Below, in pieces: positions 38,301-47,732 of a stretch of 64,000 nt of DNA. Location of the stretch: IMG/VR virus record IMGVR_UViG_3300021373_000005, one strand, 5' to 3'. The position numbers and the translations under genes were made by a program. Every line of letters starts with the position of its first letter. Within the stretch, counting starts at the first letter, position 1. The notes under the pieces were generated by a model that worked only from the letters and a program-made list of their open reading frames with translations, made no database searches and was not told the DNA's origin. Source of the DNA: a virus.

Positions 38301-41300
38301 AGGAAACGGTCAAAGATATATTCATTTCTATCATGATGGAACAGACGGTGGTTCTATTCGTGGTGATAGTTCAGGTAACTTATATCAAGTATTAAAGTCA
38401 GGAACCAATTGGGGATTCTGGACATCAGGATTTAGTGAAGCATTAATTGTTGATGATAGTGGTAATGTAATGGTTGCTTCCGGTACTTCACCTACTTATA
38501 CAGACGGTGGTGATAATACGGCTCTTACCACAACTCCTTCGACACCTAAACTACATGTTGGCGGTTCAATTTATCTAAATGGAAATAACGACGGTATTAT
38601 CTTTGGTCGTGGTACAGCATCCTTCCTGAAAGACGAAGAACTTGCCTTTGGTTGGGGTGGCGGTTGGTATATGCAAGATGGCACATACCTAAGAGTCAGA
38701 AATAATAAAACAATTTATTCTACAGGTGATGCTCACCTTAACAGATATTATGCATATCAGAATACAGCTTATTACCTTGACCCAGATGGTGACTCACAAT
38801 TAAATACAGTTGACATTGATGATTACATTCGTCATCGTGGTGATACAAATACTTTAATTGGTTTCTCAGGTAATGATACATTACTTTTCCAAACAAATGG
38901 TGTTAATCGTTTACAAATTAATAACGGTGCATTTAGGTCAAGAAATAATACAGTACAATTCTACTCAAGTGGAATTGAAATACAAAAACAAAGTAATGGC
39001 GGTGGTGTAGGACTTACAGTATCAGACCAAAACAGTGGAGAGCAACCAGGATTAAGTGGATTACAGCAAGGTTCTATTACATTCTGGCATGCTGATGGAG
39101 CTGTCACAACAGGCTCTAATGCCGCTTGGTATTTTAATTCTTCCGAAGCAATTACTCATTACGTATTTGGAACAAACAGCGGAGCAGCTGGTGGTAATCT
39201 TGTCCCAGTCGTTAACAACTCTGGTAGTTTAGGTAATTCAAGTTATCGTTGGGGTTCAATATACGCAGGAACAGGTGATTTCTCAGGTAATGTAACTGGT
39301 AATAATGCTTACTTCTATCGTTACTATGATAGGAATGATTCCACATATTACGCTGACCCAGCAAGTACTTCTTATCAACAGTTTATGAATATTAATGTTG
39401 GTAACGAAAACACAGGCGGTGCAAACTCAAGTACTAACGGATTGATGATGAGAGGTAATTACAATAGTAATACCTGGGCTCATAAATTCCATAAGTTTGA
39501 CCACGGTGGCGGAGTACCGATTTACTTATCAGAAACAATTGGTACAGCTGCTTGGAATCCAGTACAAAGATGGGGAACATATACAGGAAATGGATTTAAG
39601 TCGCAAATATTTGGTACTCTAAAAGTTGATACAAATATTCATACACCAATATTGTATGATTCAGATAACTCTGGATATTATGTAGATCCTGCCGGATCAT
39701 CAAGAATGAATACAATTACTCTTGATGGCAATGCAGTTGTATTAAGAGAACCTACAGGAACATTTGGTTCACTTGCTATTGATGGCGGCGGAAGAAATGG
39801 TTGGGAAGGATTCTCAATCGGTGACCGCATGGTATTCATGCATGATAATGCAAATAGAGTAGGTGTTTACAATGATGTAGAAAATGAATGGATTTGGTAC
39901 GCAGATAGAAATGCTCAGATGCGATTAATGTATAATGGCGCTGAACAAGCAAGAACAGAAAACGGATACTTCCTAGCACCTAACCAAATGCGTGCACCTA
40001 TTTACTACGATTCAAATAATACAGGCTATTACGTAGATGGTAATAATACGTCAAGATTCAATGCAGTTCAAGCATTAAGATATTACTTTAACCACGCAAC
40101 TACATACTACGCTGATGCAGCATCAGGTGATTATGGTTCAATGGAAGTTGGTGGTCAAAAGAATGGTTGGGCTGGTTATTCTATCGCAGGTCAATGGGTC
40201 TTAATGTCTCCAGGTGTTGACCGTGTTGGTATATACAATGATACTGATAACAAATGGCAGCAGCAGTGGTATAGAAACGCTGGTACATTGATGTACTATA
40301 ATGCTGTAGTCCAGGCAGAAACAAGAAGCGGTTACTTCCTCGCAAATAACCAAATGCGAGCACCAATCTATTATGATTCAAATGATTCAACATATTACTT
40401 AAACCCAGCAGCAGGTAATACAAACCGTGCATTAATGATTAACGGTAGAATATACCGTCAAGGTTTTGCTGGTGGTGATGGAAATAATAACAAACTATTA
40501 GAAACTCAAGACTATTCACATTGGATTTGGAACACTGCTACTGATTGGGGTATTTTCTGGGCAGGTAATGATAATCCATATCGTTCACACTTCAGTACAT
40601 CTAATCCTAATGAAATTGTATTCATAGGTAATGGAAACTTAAGAGCAAGTATTGACCTTGATAATGGTAATGCTCACTTTGTTGGTACTGTATCTGCTGG
40701 TAGTTTTGCACTTAATGGTGGAAATGAAAATATTGAAATTATTAAGTCATACGGTTCAGGTGGAGCTGACTTAGTACTATTTGATGGAACAGAATATTTT
40801 GATAAGCGTGTCATTAAAGCAATGGCACCTAACGAAAGTCCACTTACTACAACTACTTCAGAATATGTAAGAACAACAGACGGTCCTTTCGCAGGTTCTT
40901 ATGTATTACAAACATCTTCTTATAGAACATTCTATTCAGATTACATTCCTGTTGCTCCTGGTGAAGAATTATACGGTGAAATTTCTGTTAAGCGTATTTC
41001 AGGTTCAGGCGGTTTGGTTTATTATGGTATTGAAAGATTTGATAGTCAGAAGAGACCTATTGCTGGAAACACAGGTACAACATACTTCGTTGTAGGTGGA
41101 GCAAACTATACAGGTACATCTTGGAATACATATAGAAACCATACAACAATTCCAACATCTCATACTCCATATAATGGGTCTGACGGCGGAGGTGTTTATT
41201 ATGTAAGAATTCGTATCTTAATGAACTACAACTCTGGTGGTGCTTTAAGACAGTTTGCCGGAATCATGCTCAAACGTCGTAATGCTGAATCTAATTTATT

Positions 41301-44300
41301 AGTTGATGATTTACAAGTACTTGATGATGTGACAATCGGCGGAGATGCAACCATAACAGGTGACTTAACTGTCGATGATATTACGGCTGACGTTATTGAT
41401 GCAAGAAGATTTAGAGATAGAGATAATACTGGATATTATATCGACCCTAAAGATGGAAGTAATGTTGTAGGATCTTGGAACTGGAATAACGGTTCAATTG
41501 AAAATCTAAACAACCTTTCATTCAATGACCCAGGCCCTCAAGAAGGTATTCGTTGGAAAGGTGGTAATGAATGGAAGATTTATGAATCACCAGATAACTT
41601 AAGTTCTAACTCAGGCGGTAATTTACAATTCACATCAGGTAATGGCGCAGGTACTTATCAGATGAGATTGAATACGAGCGGTCGAATGGACGTTCGTGGG
41701 CAAATCAGAACACCTATTGTATATGACTTAAACGATACAGCCTGGTATGTAGATCCTCACTCAGGTTCAAGGTTCAAAGATTTAGAAATACAAGATACAA
41801 GAAGTTCAGATATCTTAACAGTATATAGAACAGGTTCAGCGCCAGGAAACTATACTGCAGCAAGGACAATTAACCAATACGGTAATCACTCTTGGGGTAT
41901 TGTTCATGAATTCAGAATTGGTGATAGGAGCTCACAAAGTGTACCTAGTGGTACTGACCGACCTTCTATTTTATTCTCAACTGGATATAATACAACAACT
42001 TGGTCAGTTGGTTTCGGTTATGTAGATAACGATTTTAGAATCAAACAAAATCACGGTCATATAAATCAATCTTGGGGTACTGAGAGATTTAGAATTAATA
42101 CAAGCGGTGAAGTATTCATTGGAAATAGCTTATGGGGTGCTAACGCATACTTCAACCGTTATTATGACAGAAACAATACTGGATATTATGCTGACCCAGC
42201 AAGTACATCTGTATTTAACGCAATGGTATTTAATGGCGACGTTGATTTCAACGGTGGTGCTAATGCGATTAATATTACAAGTTCTGATATTCGTTCAGAC
42301 GGTAATTCAACTTGGACAGGAAACCCAGGTGCAGGTGTAGGTAAGATTCAAATGCACTCTAACCGTTGGTACATTGTATCTAACGGAAACTCAAATAGAA
42401 TTGTTCAGTTTAGACAAAATGGTTCTGATAGGTCTTATATTGCGAATGATGGTAGATTAATCGGTGTTGGTGGTACAGCTTCTCAGGATTTCAGAGCTCC
42501 AATCTTCTACGATACAAATGATACTAGTTATTATGCAAACCCAGCAAGTGATTCAAGATTTAGTACATTAACACTTCGTGGTAATAGATTAGGATTTGTT
42601 AATACAGCGTTTGATGCAGAGATACGAGTAACTGATAATAACCCAGACGGTACAGGTGCAACATTTGTATTCTGGGGTGACCAAGTAGAATATAATGCTG
42701 AAGTAGCAACCGAAGTATTCAGAGCAACACGACATATGCGTGCTCCTGTATATTATGATTTAAATAATGCTTCATACTACGGTGACTTTGGTGGTACATC
42801 TTACATGAACGATGTAAGAGCTAATATTGTTTACGATAGAAACAACACTGCTTACTATGTACATAATTCGAGCGGTGATGCTCGAATGAGAAATGTTAGA
42901 ACAAATAACATTCAAGTTGAAAACGGCGCAACAATCACATCTGTAAATAATAATGGTAGAATTTATCTTGGTGGTAATTTACATATTGATGCTCAAAATG
43001 GTTTAGACATTTATATGAACTATTACTCGGGTAGAAGGTTCAGATCTTTCTCACCTGGTCAATACGAATCATTCAGAGTTGATACTGACCGTATTACATA
43101 CGCATTTGCTCAATTCAGAACTCCATTAATTTACGATTATAATAATACTGGTTACTATCTTGATATGAATAACAACTCAAGGTTTAACGACCTTATGTTG
43201 AGAGGATTATACGTAACCACGCGTTATCATTCAGGTTCTGACTTTGTTAATGGTACTCTTGTAAGAACAAGTATTCCTGCGACCGCAACTAACGGAGCTT
43301 CATTCGTACTTGAAGCAACAGGTAAATCTTATTCAGGTGATCCACCGTTTATGTTTACCGCACAAGGTTACTTATATGCTAATACTATTATTAATCATTC
43401 TGGTCAACATATTGGTAAGGCCGGATTTAGTACAATGCGTATATTTGAAAACGGTGGAGTATTATGTTTCTGGTGGCCTCGCGTATCTTATTGGAACTCC
43501 TTCTCTGTTCATGTAAGAAATGCAAACGGTGATGATAGAAACTTAGTCACAAGCGTTTCAAATTCATCTTTACCAGGATACTCGAAAGGTGTGACAACAA
43601 CAATGCGTACTACCGCAATGTACAATGTTAACATTGGTACAGGTGATATGTATGCACAACGTTACTACGATAGCAACAATACATTCTATTACGGAGACTT
43701 TGCCTCTAGTTCTAGGATGAACGAAGTAAACATTTACGGAAGTTTAAGAAATCAAGGTGGAACTCCGCATTACTTCTATACAGGTGCTGGAAACTTAAGA
43801 GGTTATATACGAGCCACAGATTCTAATGATTCTCACTTTGAATTTGCTACATCAGGTGGAGAGGACTTCATCTTCCGTGATGGTGGATTTGGAGGTTCTT
43901 GGAATCAGATTATTAGAGGTAATGGTCATGTATTAGTAGCATCAAGATTTGATACTCCTATTATGTATGATAGGAATAATACAGGTTATTATTCTGACCC
44001 AGCAAGTACTTCGCGTTTCAACACAATGCGAACAAACAGAATTTATCCTGCTTATGATAACGCAGGAGATATGTATTTAGATTGGCCTTCAGGTAATTAC
44101 GGTTCAATCCAAACAAACGGTGGCGGTAAAGGCGGCTGGGAAGGTTATTCAATCAATGGTCGTTATGTATTCATGTCGTCAAATAACAACGAATGTGGTA
44201 TTTACAACGACATTGATAATGAATGGATGACAATCTGGCGTCGTAACGGCAGAACTGAAATATTCCATAACGGTACTTGGGAAGAATACGCTCAGCCCGG

Positions 44301-46449
44301 TTATATGCAGGCTCGTGGTTCTTACCGTGCTCCAGTCTTCTATGATTCAAATGATACTGGATATTATTACGATCCTAACAGTACAAGTAATGCGGCAGGA
44401 AGACAAAGAGGTGGTACATTATACGGACCTAACACATCTTGGGGTAGATATCTCGCAGTTGGTACTAATGGTCGATATAGTAACGAAGCTTCGGTTGCTG
44501 CTACAAATGGTAACTTACACCTTGACGCAAGGTCAGGATTTGGAACATATATTAACTGGTATGTAGGTGGTACTACTTACATTAACGGTACACTGCAAGT
44601 TAACTTTATTTACGATAGAGATAATAATTCATATTACTGGAATGGCGCAAGCACATCTCATATGAATGACCTTCGTGTCAATATTCTATATGATCGTAAT
44701 GATACTGCTTATTACTTTGGTTCAAGCTCAGGTGATGCAAGAGCAAGAACAATGCGTGCTTGGAACTTCTACGCTGATGATTGGTTCCGAAACTATAACT
44801 CAGGTGAAGGTTTGTATAACCAAGCAACAGCGATGCATTGGTATTCAGATTCATCTTCAAGATTTAGATTGTATTCTACATCAAGTACTTCACAAATCTT
44901 ATTTACAACTTCAGGTAATAACGCTCGTGGTTATGCATATGCTGATAACAGTAATAATATCGGTTTCCTCAATGCAGGCGGTGGTTGGGCATTAAGAACA
45001 AACTACGGTACGACTGAAGTATACGGTAATGCATATGCAAATGATATGCGTGCTTATATATTCTATGACCGTGCAAATACAGGTTATTTCTGTGACCCAG
45101 CAGGAAGAAGTAGATTATCAAGTATTGACTACGGTAATGGTTCTTATTACTTCAGAAGTGGTTCTTGGGGATGGAGACATCAGACTCCTTCAGGATATAT
45201 TGAATTTGGACCTGCTAACGGTTCACACGCTCATATCTATACTGATAGGTCTAACTTCTATTATAATGTTAATGATTCATATCTTAACGGTAGAAGAATA
45301 TTACACGAAAATCGTTGGATAAGTAATAAGTACTTCAGTAGTGATGGTACAATTTATGGAACCATCTTTAGAGATGCAAACAACGGTGGTTATTACGGAG
45401 ACTTTGCGTCAACATCAAGATTCAATCAAATGGAAATGATTGGGCGAATGGTTGTTGGTGGTAGATTTGATTATAATGCATATAACTCAACATCATCAAC
45501 AAGATTACATTTCGGTGGTGGTAATAGTGATGCAAATGGTAATTATTACATAGGTACAAACAGAGAGAACTATAACGGTAACTATAATAAACTTGATTTA
45601 AGGTGGCATACAGGTATTCGTATAGGTGCTCAACAAGTTTATGGTGGTGTCAGATTCTATAATAATGAAGACCTAAGTTCACTCAGAGTTCATATTGAAG
45701 CAGGTTCTGGTTATACAAGATTAAATACTTGGACTGAAATCGGCGGTGGCGGTGTAGGTATCTACGATGGATATAACGGCGCGCATTGGTTCCCAAATAA
45801 CCAAACATCTTATGGTTCATGGGCTTCATACGGAAACAGAAGTGGATGGTATGGTACTGCTTATCCTCAAGCAGGATACGATCCACATGACATGTGGGAT
45901 GGTTCAGGTAATGGTGGTTGGTACTTACAAGGTCTAGGACGTTGGGTACTTTATCATAACCGTAGTAGAAACTGTATGGGTGTTGCTTCATCAAGTACTG
46001 TGTCCGGTTATCGTATGAGAGTTAACGGTTCACTTTACTGTAATGGTAACGTGGTTGCTTACTCTGACCGTCGTAATAAAGAAAATATCATCACAATTGA
46101 TAATGCTCTTGATAAAGTATTACAATTGCGTGGTGTTTATTATAACAGAAAACAATCAAAAATTGATGACCGTGACGATCTTTACAAAGGACGTCAATTA
46201 GGTATGATTGCTCAGGAAGTTCAAGAAATTGTTCCTGAGGTTGTATCTTATGCTGAAGAAATTGACCAATACGGACTTGATTATCCGAAGATGGTTGGTT
46301 TACTTGTTGAAGGTATTAAGGACCAACATGCAATTGTAGAGAGTCAAAAAGAAACAATAAATAATATGCAGAAAGATATTGACATGTTGAAAGAAATGGT
46401 ATATAATATGCAATCAATAATGGAGAATAGTAAGAATGGCACTAATTAA
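35359..46449 (+). CDS. Very long (~3696 aa) tail fibre with C-terminal S74 chaperone
   Basis: Likely start is ATG 35359 (MANDKKFIVKNGL, SD spacing fits); the track uses GTG 35350. About 25 linker repeats (R(A/T)PIxYDxNxxxYYxDPxSxS). C-terminus SDRRNKENI...LGMIAQEVQEIVPEVV...LDYPKMVGLLVEGIKD (Ser codon 46063). Confidence 0.88.
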   Translation: MANDKKFIVKNGLLTPENAVIGSNTDTGEKLQVTGDTVLTQGTQGTPTLKVTNSGGASASTIVAQFEGDSDSLQIRNIGTGDYSITNPQQGNSIEFYDGTAGIVIKYAGSNKLAFTSTGTDFTGLSNTTIEGNRILTTADEGAGNGLDADTVDGLQASQFLRSDVDDTAAGNINFSQDIDVAGSAQVDVNLTVDGQAVIKALLDAQANAQVAGNLTVSGDLLVSGNTTTVNTEEILLADNIITLNSNYTGSTPSEDSGIEIERGTLANPKLVWNESQDYWELQVNGSVLGRIITTADEGSGNGFDADTVDGLEAEQFLRSDADDTATGNITIEGDLTIGDDSGPAQIIFDGNGVNRTLYSATGEIGFLNNAANWAARSNANGDWIVERDVSAGRDVIATNDVTATSGDVTAGDSITAQNNITATTGNIAASAGSVTAQTNVTAVTGNVSATAGDVTAGDDVIAQNDVTATTGDVSATAGNVTAGDSMTAQNDITATTGDITASAGDVQATVGNVRAGEDVYGKKFIDVNDGTYIVNPNSSSTMHEIGIDDNLFHNGDTDTRLRFETDNIQLRTGGSDRLDINNSRVQSNLDIYAPNVRINDSLIHNGDTDTKITFATDTVDIDTGGSTRLTANNSGVTIEGDLDVNGDITAVNGTFTGDLAASRFLDADNNNYYADPNSTSVMNRIGIDDYIQHNGDTNTYFGFNANDNIQFFTDATQRVEINGTNFTSTVDGIFPNLYAGRYYDLNNATYYLDPASNSRLNGIALVGTIYHDGDTDTYLNFNGANSFEVVTGNAQRLLVNNTYVLANNQMRSPIYYDNNNTNYYGNFASTSQMSQIDIDSYIRHRGDTNTYLGFDANDSITFVTGGAERVNITDANTTFFQPVIVQGDIQADRFVDRQNTGYYLNPADTSIAATLNGRVLIGNVTDSARWDDNSGNGGISLMPHGSYAGTQNTTVGISGNVSGGYSLMYLNLIDSSSNPTGNGQRYIHFYHDGTDGGSIRGDSSGNLYQVLKSGTNWGFWTSGFSEALIVDDSGNVMVASGTSPTYTDGGDNTALTTTPSTPKLHVGGSIYLNGNNDGIIFGRGTASFLKDEELAFGWGGGWYMQDGTYLRVRNNKTIYSTGDAHLNRYYAYQNTAYYLDPDGDSQLNTVDIDDYIRHRGDTNTLIGFSGNDTLLFQTNGVNRLQINNGAFRSRNNTVQFYSSGIEIQKQSNGGGVGLTVSDQNSGEQPGLSGLQQGSITFWHADGAVTTGSNAAWYFNSSEAITHYVFGTNSGAAGGNLVPVVNNSGSLGNSSYRWGSIYAGTGDFSGNVTGNNAYFYRYYDRNDSTYYADPASTSYQQFMNINVGNENTGGANSSTNGLMMRGNYNSNTWAHKFHKFDHGGGVPIYLSETIGTAAWNPVQRWGTYTGNGFKSQIFGTLKVDTNIHTPILYDSDNSGYYVDPAGSSRMNTITLDGNAVVLREPTGTFGSLAIDGGGRNGWEGFSIGDRMVFMHDNANRVGVYNDVENEWIWYADRNAQMRLMYNGAEQARTENGYFLAPNQMRAPIYYDSNNTGYYVDGNNTSRFNAVQALRYYFNHATTYYADAASGDYGSMEVGGQKNGWAGYSIAGQWVLMSPGVDRVGIYNDTDNKWQQQWYRNAGTLMYYNAVVQAETRSGYFLANNQMRAPIYYDSNDSTYYLNPAAGNTNRALMINGRIYRQGFAGGDGNNNKLLETQDYSHWIWNTATDWGIFWAGNDNPYRSHFSTSNPNEIVFIGNGNLRASIDLDNGNAHFVGTVSAGSFALNGGNENIEIIKSYGSGGADLVLFDGTEYFDKRVIKAMAPNESPLTTTTSEYVRTTDGPFAGSYVLQTSSYRTFYSDYIPVAPGEELYGEISVKRISGSGGLVYYGIERFDSQKRPIAGNTGTTYFVVGGANYTGTSWNTYRNHTTIPTSHTPYNGSDGGGVYYVRIRILMNYNSGGALRQFAGIMLKRRNAESNLLVDDLQVLDDVTIGGDATITGDLTVDDITADVIDARRFRDRDNTGYYIDPKDGSNVVGSWNWNNGSIENLNNLSFNDPGPQEGIRWKGGNEWKIYESPDNLSSNSGGNLQFTSGNGAGTYQMRLNTSGRMDVRGQIRTPIVYDLNDTAWYVDPHSGSRFKDLEIQDTRSSDILTVYRTGSAPGNYTAARTINQYGNHSWGIVHEFRIGDRSSQSVPSGTDRPSILFSTGYNTTTWSVGFGYVDNDFRIKQNHGHINQSWGTERFRINTSGEVFIGNSLWGANAYFNRYYDRNNTGYYADPASTSVFNAMVFNGDVDFNGGANAINITSSDIRSDGNSTWTGNPGAGVGKIQMHSNRWYIVSNGNSNRIVQFRQNGSDRSYIANDGRLIGVGGTASQDFRAPIFYDTNDTSYYANPASDSRFSTLTLRGNRLGFVNTAFDAEIRVTDNNPDGTGATFVFWGDQVEYNAEVATEVFRATRHMRAPVYYDLNNASYYGDFGGTSYMNDVRANIVYDRNNTAYYVHNSSGDARMRNVRTNNIQVENGATITSVNNNGRIYLGGNLHIDAQNGLDIYMNYYSGRRFRSFSPGQYESFRVDTDRITYAFAQFRTPLIYDYNNTGYYLDMNNNSRFNDLMLRGLYVTTRYHSGSDFVNGTLVRTSIPATATNGASFVLEATGKSYSGDPPFMFTAQGYLYANTIINHSGQHIGKAGFSTMRIFENGGVLCFWWPRVSYWNSFSVHVRNANGDDRNLVTSVSNSSLPGYSKGVTTTMRTTAMYNVNIGTGDMYAQRYYDSNNTFYYGDFASSSRMNEVNIYGSLRNQGGTPHYFYTGAGNLRGYIRATDSNDSHFEFATSGGEDFIFRDGGFGGSWNQIIRGNGHVLVASRFDTPIMYDRNNTGYYSDPASTSRFNTMRTNRIYPAYDNAGDMYLDWPSGNYGSIQTNGGGKGGWEGYSINGRYVFMSSNNNECGIYNDIDNEWMTIWRRNGRTEIFHNGTWEEYAQPGYMQARGSYRAPVFYDSNDTGYYYDPNSTSNAAGRQRGGTLYGPNTSWGRYLAVGTNGRYSNEASVAATNGNLHLDARSGFGTYINWYVGGTTYINGTLQVNFIYDRDNNSYYWNGASTSHMNDLRVNILYDRNDTAYYFGSSSGDARARTMRAWNFYADDWFRNYNSGEGLYNQATAMHWYSDSSSRFRLYSTSSTSQILFTTSGNNARGYAYADNSNNIGFLNAGGGWALRTNYGTTEVYGNAYANDMRAYIFYDRANTGYFCDPAGRSRLSSIDYGNGSYYFRSGSWGWRHQTPSGYIEFGPANGSHAHIYTDRSNFYYNVNDSYLNGRRILHENRWISNKYFSSDGTIYGTIFRDANNGGYYGDFASTSRFNQMEMIGRMVVGGRFDYNAYNSTSSTRLHFGGGNSDANGNYYIGTNRENYNGNYNKLDLRWHTGIRIGAQQVYGGVRFYNNEDLSSLRVHIEAGSGYTRLNTWTEIGGGGVGIYDGYNGAHWFPNNQTSYGSWASYGNRSGWYGTAYPQAGYDPHDMWDGSGNGGWYLQGLGRWVLYHNRSRNCMGVASSSTVSGYRMRVNGSLYCNGNVVAYSDRRNKENIITIDNALDKVLQLRGVYYNRKQSKIDDRDDLYKGRQLGMIAQEVQEIVPEVVSYAEEIDQYGLDYPKMVGLLVEGIKDQHAIVESQKETINNMQKDIDMLKEMVYNMQSIMENSKNGTN

Positions 46450-46867
46450 AGATTATGAAATCGCAGGTACAGGAGTTGTAGTGCCTGACGCATATCATGT
46501 TATAACTGACTTAAAGGTACACAAGAGAGTTAATGATATTAAACCTCCAAAAGATGAATCTACTGAGTCAGGATATACAAACGAATGGTGGGAAGAAGGA
46601 ACAGAATTATTCTGGAAAAAAGGATATGTCTGTAGAGTTTTTGTCACTATTTGGAAAGACAAGCAGGCAAGAGAAGATGATGTCAAACCCATAGGTGTAG
46701 CAGGTTTAAATACTACAGATATGGAAGCTGACATTAGGATTGGTACTGAAGGTCTTGATGAAAGATGCGAATTTATGTTAGACATGGATTCAGCGGACAG
46801 TGATTTAGTACAAGCGTATAATCATCTTAAGTCATTAGATTTTTATGCTGGTTGTACTGAAGATTAA
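46436..46867 (+). CDS. Hypothetical protein, probably tail-fibre associated
   Basis: 143 aa, overlaps the fibre gene end; GVVVPDAYHVI...QAYNHLKSL resembles small genes downstream of phage fibres. Confidence 0.7.
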   Translation: MALIKDYEIAGTGVVVPDAYHVITDLKVHKRVNDIKPPKDESTESGYTNEWWEEGTELFWKKGYVCRVFVTIWKDKQAREDDVKPIGVAGLNTTDMEADIRIGTEGLDERCEFMLDMDSADSDLVQAYNHLKSLDFYAGCTED

Positions 46868-46868
46868 T

Positions 46869-46876
46869 TATAAATA
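46869..46876 (+). promoter_or_regulatory. T4 late promoter TATAAATA
   Basis: Exact consensus, intergenic; GGAG SD at about 46905 before ATG 46916. Confidence 0.75.
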
Positions 46877-46915
46877 GAACTATAACTTAAAGTTATTAAA
46901 TAACGGAGAAATAAA

Positions 46916-47353
46916 ATGGCACTTAGCACAGATTATACATGGACCTGGGAAGTAACTGGTTTGAAAAAACAAGACCAAGTTAACTCTGAAGGTGCAAACT
47001 TAGCTGGAGCAGTTGTTCAAACATATTGGAAATTGACTGGTGTAGACGGTAGTGGTAATGAAGGAGAGTTCGCAGGAGCAACTCCTTTTAACGCAACCAA
47101 TGTACCAGCAGGTTCTTTTGTGGCTTTTGAAGATTTGACAGAAGAAACAGTTTTAGGCTGGATTAAAAATGTAGTTGAAACTGACCAAGGATATGCTGAC
47201 CATATCTCAAGCAGAGTTAAATTACAAATTGACGATGCAACTATTGAAGAAGCTTCTATGCCTTGGGCACCTGAAGAGGAAGTAGTTGACCCAGTCATTG
47301 AAGCTGAAGCACCAGCTGAAGGCGAAAGCGATCCAGAACCAGCAGCTGAATAA
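46916..47353 (+). CDS. Hypothetical fibre-associated protein (paralogue 1; DUF7936-like)
   Basis: YTWTWEVTGL...VVQTYWKLTGVD...FVAFEDLTEETVLGW; strong SD. Confidence 0.75.
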   Translation: MALSTDYTWTWEVTGLKKQDQVNSEGANLAGAVVQTYWKLTGVDGSGNEGEFAGATPFNATNVPAGSFVAFEDLTEETVLGWIKNVVETDQGYADHISSRVKLQIDDATIEEASMPWAPEEEVVDPVIEAEAPAEGESDPEPAAE

Positions 47354-47367
47354 TCCTGGAGTAATAA

Positions 47368-47700
47368 ATGAATTACTCATGGGAAATAATTAAGCTTCAT
47401 ACAAGAGAGCAGACCAACGCAGATGGTGTTGCGTTGGCTGATGCTGTTGTGAAAATTAAATGGAGAAGAACTGGAGTCGATACAGACGGCAATTCTGCTA
47501 AAGTTGTAGGATATACAATTTTATCAGCAGAAGATATTGCTGAAGGTGACTTTACTTCATTTGCTGATTTAACGGAAGAAAAGGTTGTAGGTTGGTTAAA
47601 CTCAACAATCTCTTCATCTGAAATTGAAGCTTACAACCTAAAGATACAAGAGTCGATAAATAAATTGGTAACGACAGAACGCGCAGTTCCTTGGTCTTAA
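47368..47700 (+). CDS. Hypothetical fibre-associated protein (paralogue 2)
   Basis: YSWEIIKL...VVKIKWRRTGVD...FTSFADLTEEKVVGW, clearly homologous to 46916..47353; GGAG SD. Confidence 0.75.
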   Translation: MNYSWEIIKLHTREQTNADGVALADAVVKIKWRRTGVDTDGNSAKVVGYTILSAEDIAEGDFTSFADLTEEKVVGWLNSTISSSEIEAYNLKIQESINKLVTTERAVPWS

Positions 47701-47732
47701 TATAACAATTTGATTTACATTATGGAGTCTAT

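Noticed and set aside
36920-45430. RHS/YD-repeat toxin interpretation of the YD-containing repeats
   Set aside because: The motif lacks RHS core spacing and the DPxG-PxxxxDPxG cleavage signature; the protein ends in an S74 chaperone like a tail fibre.
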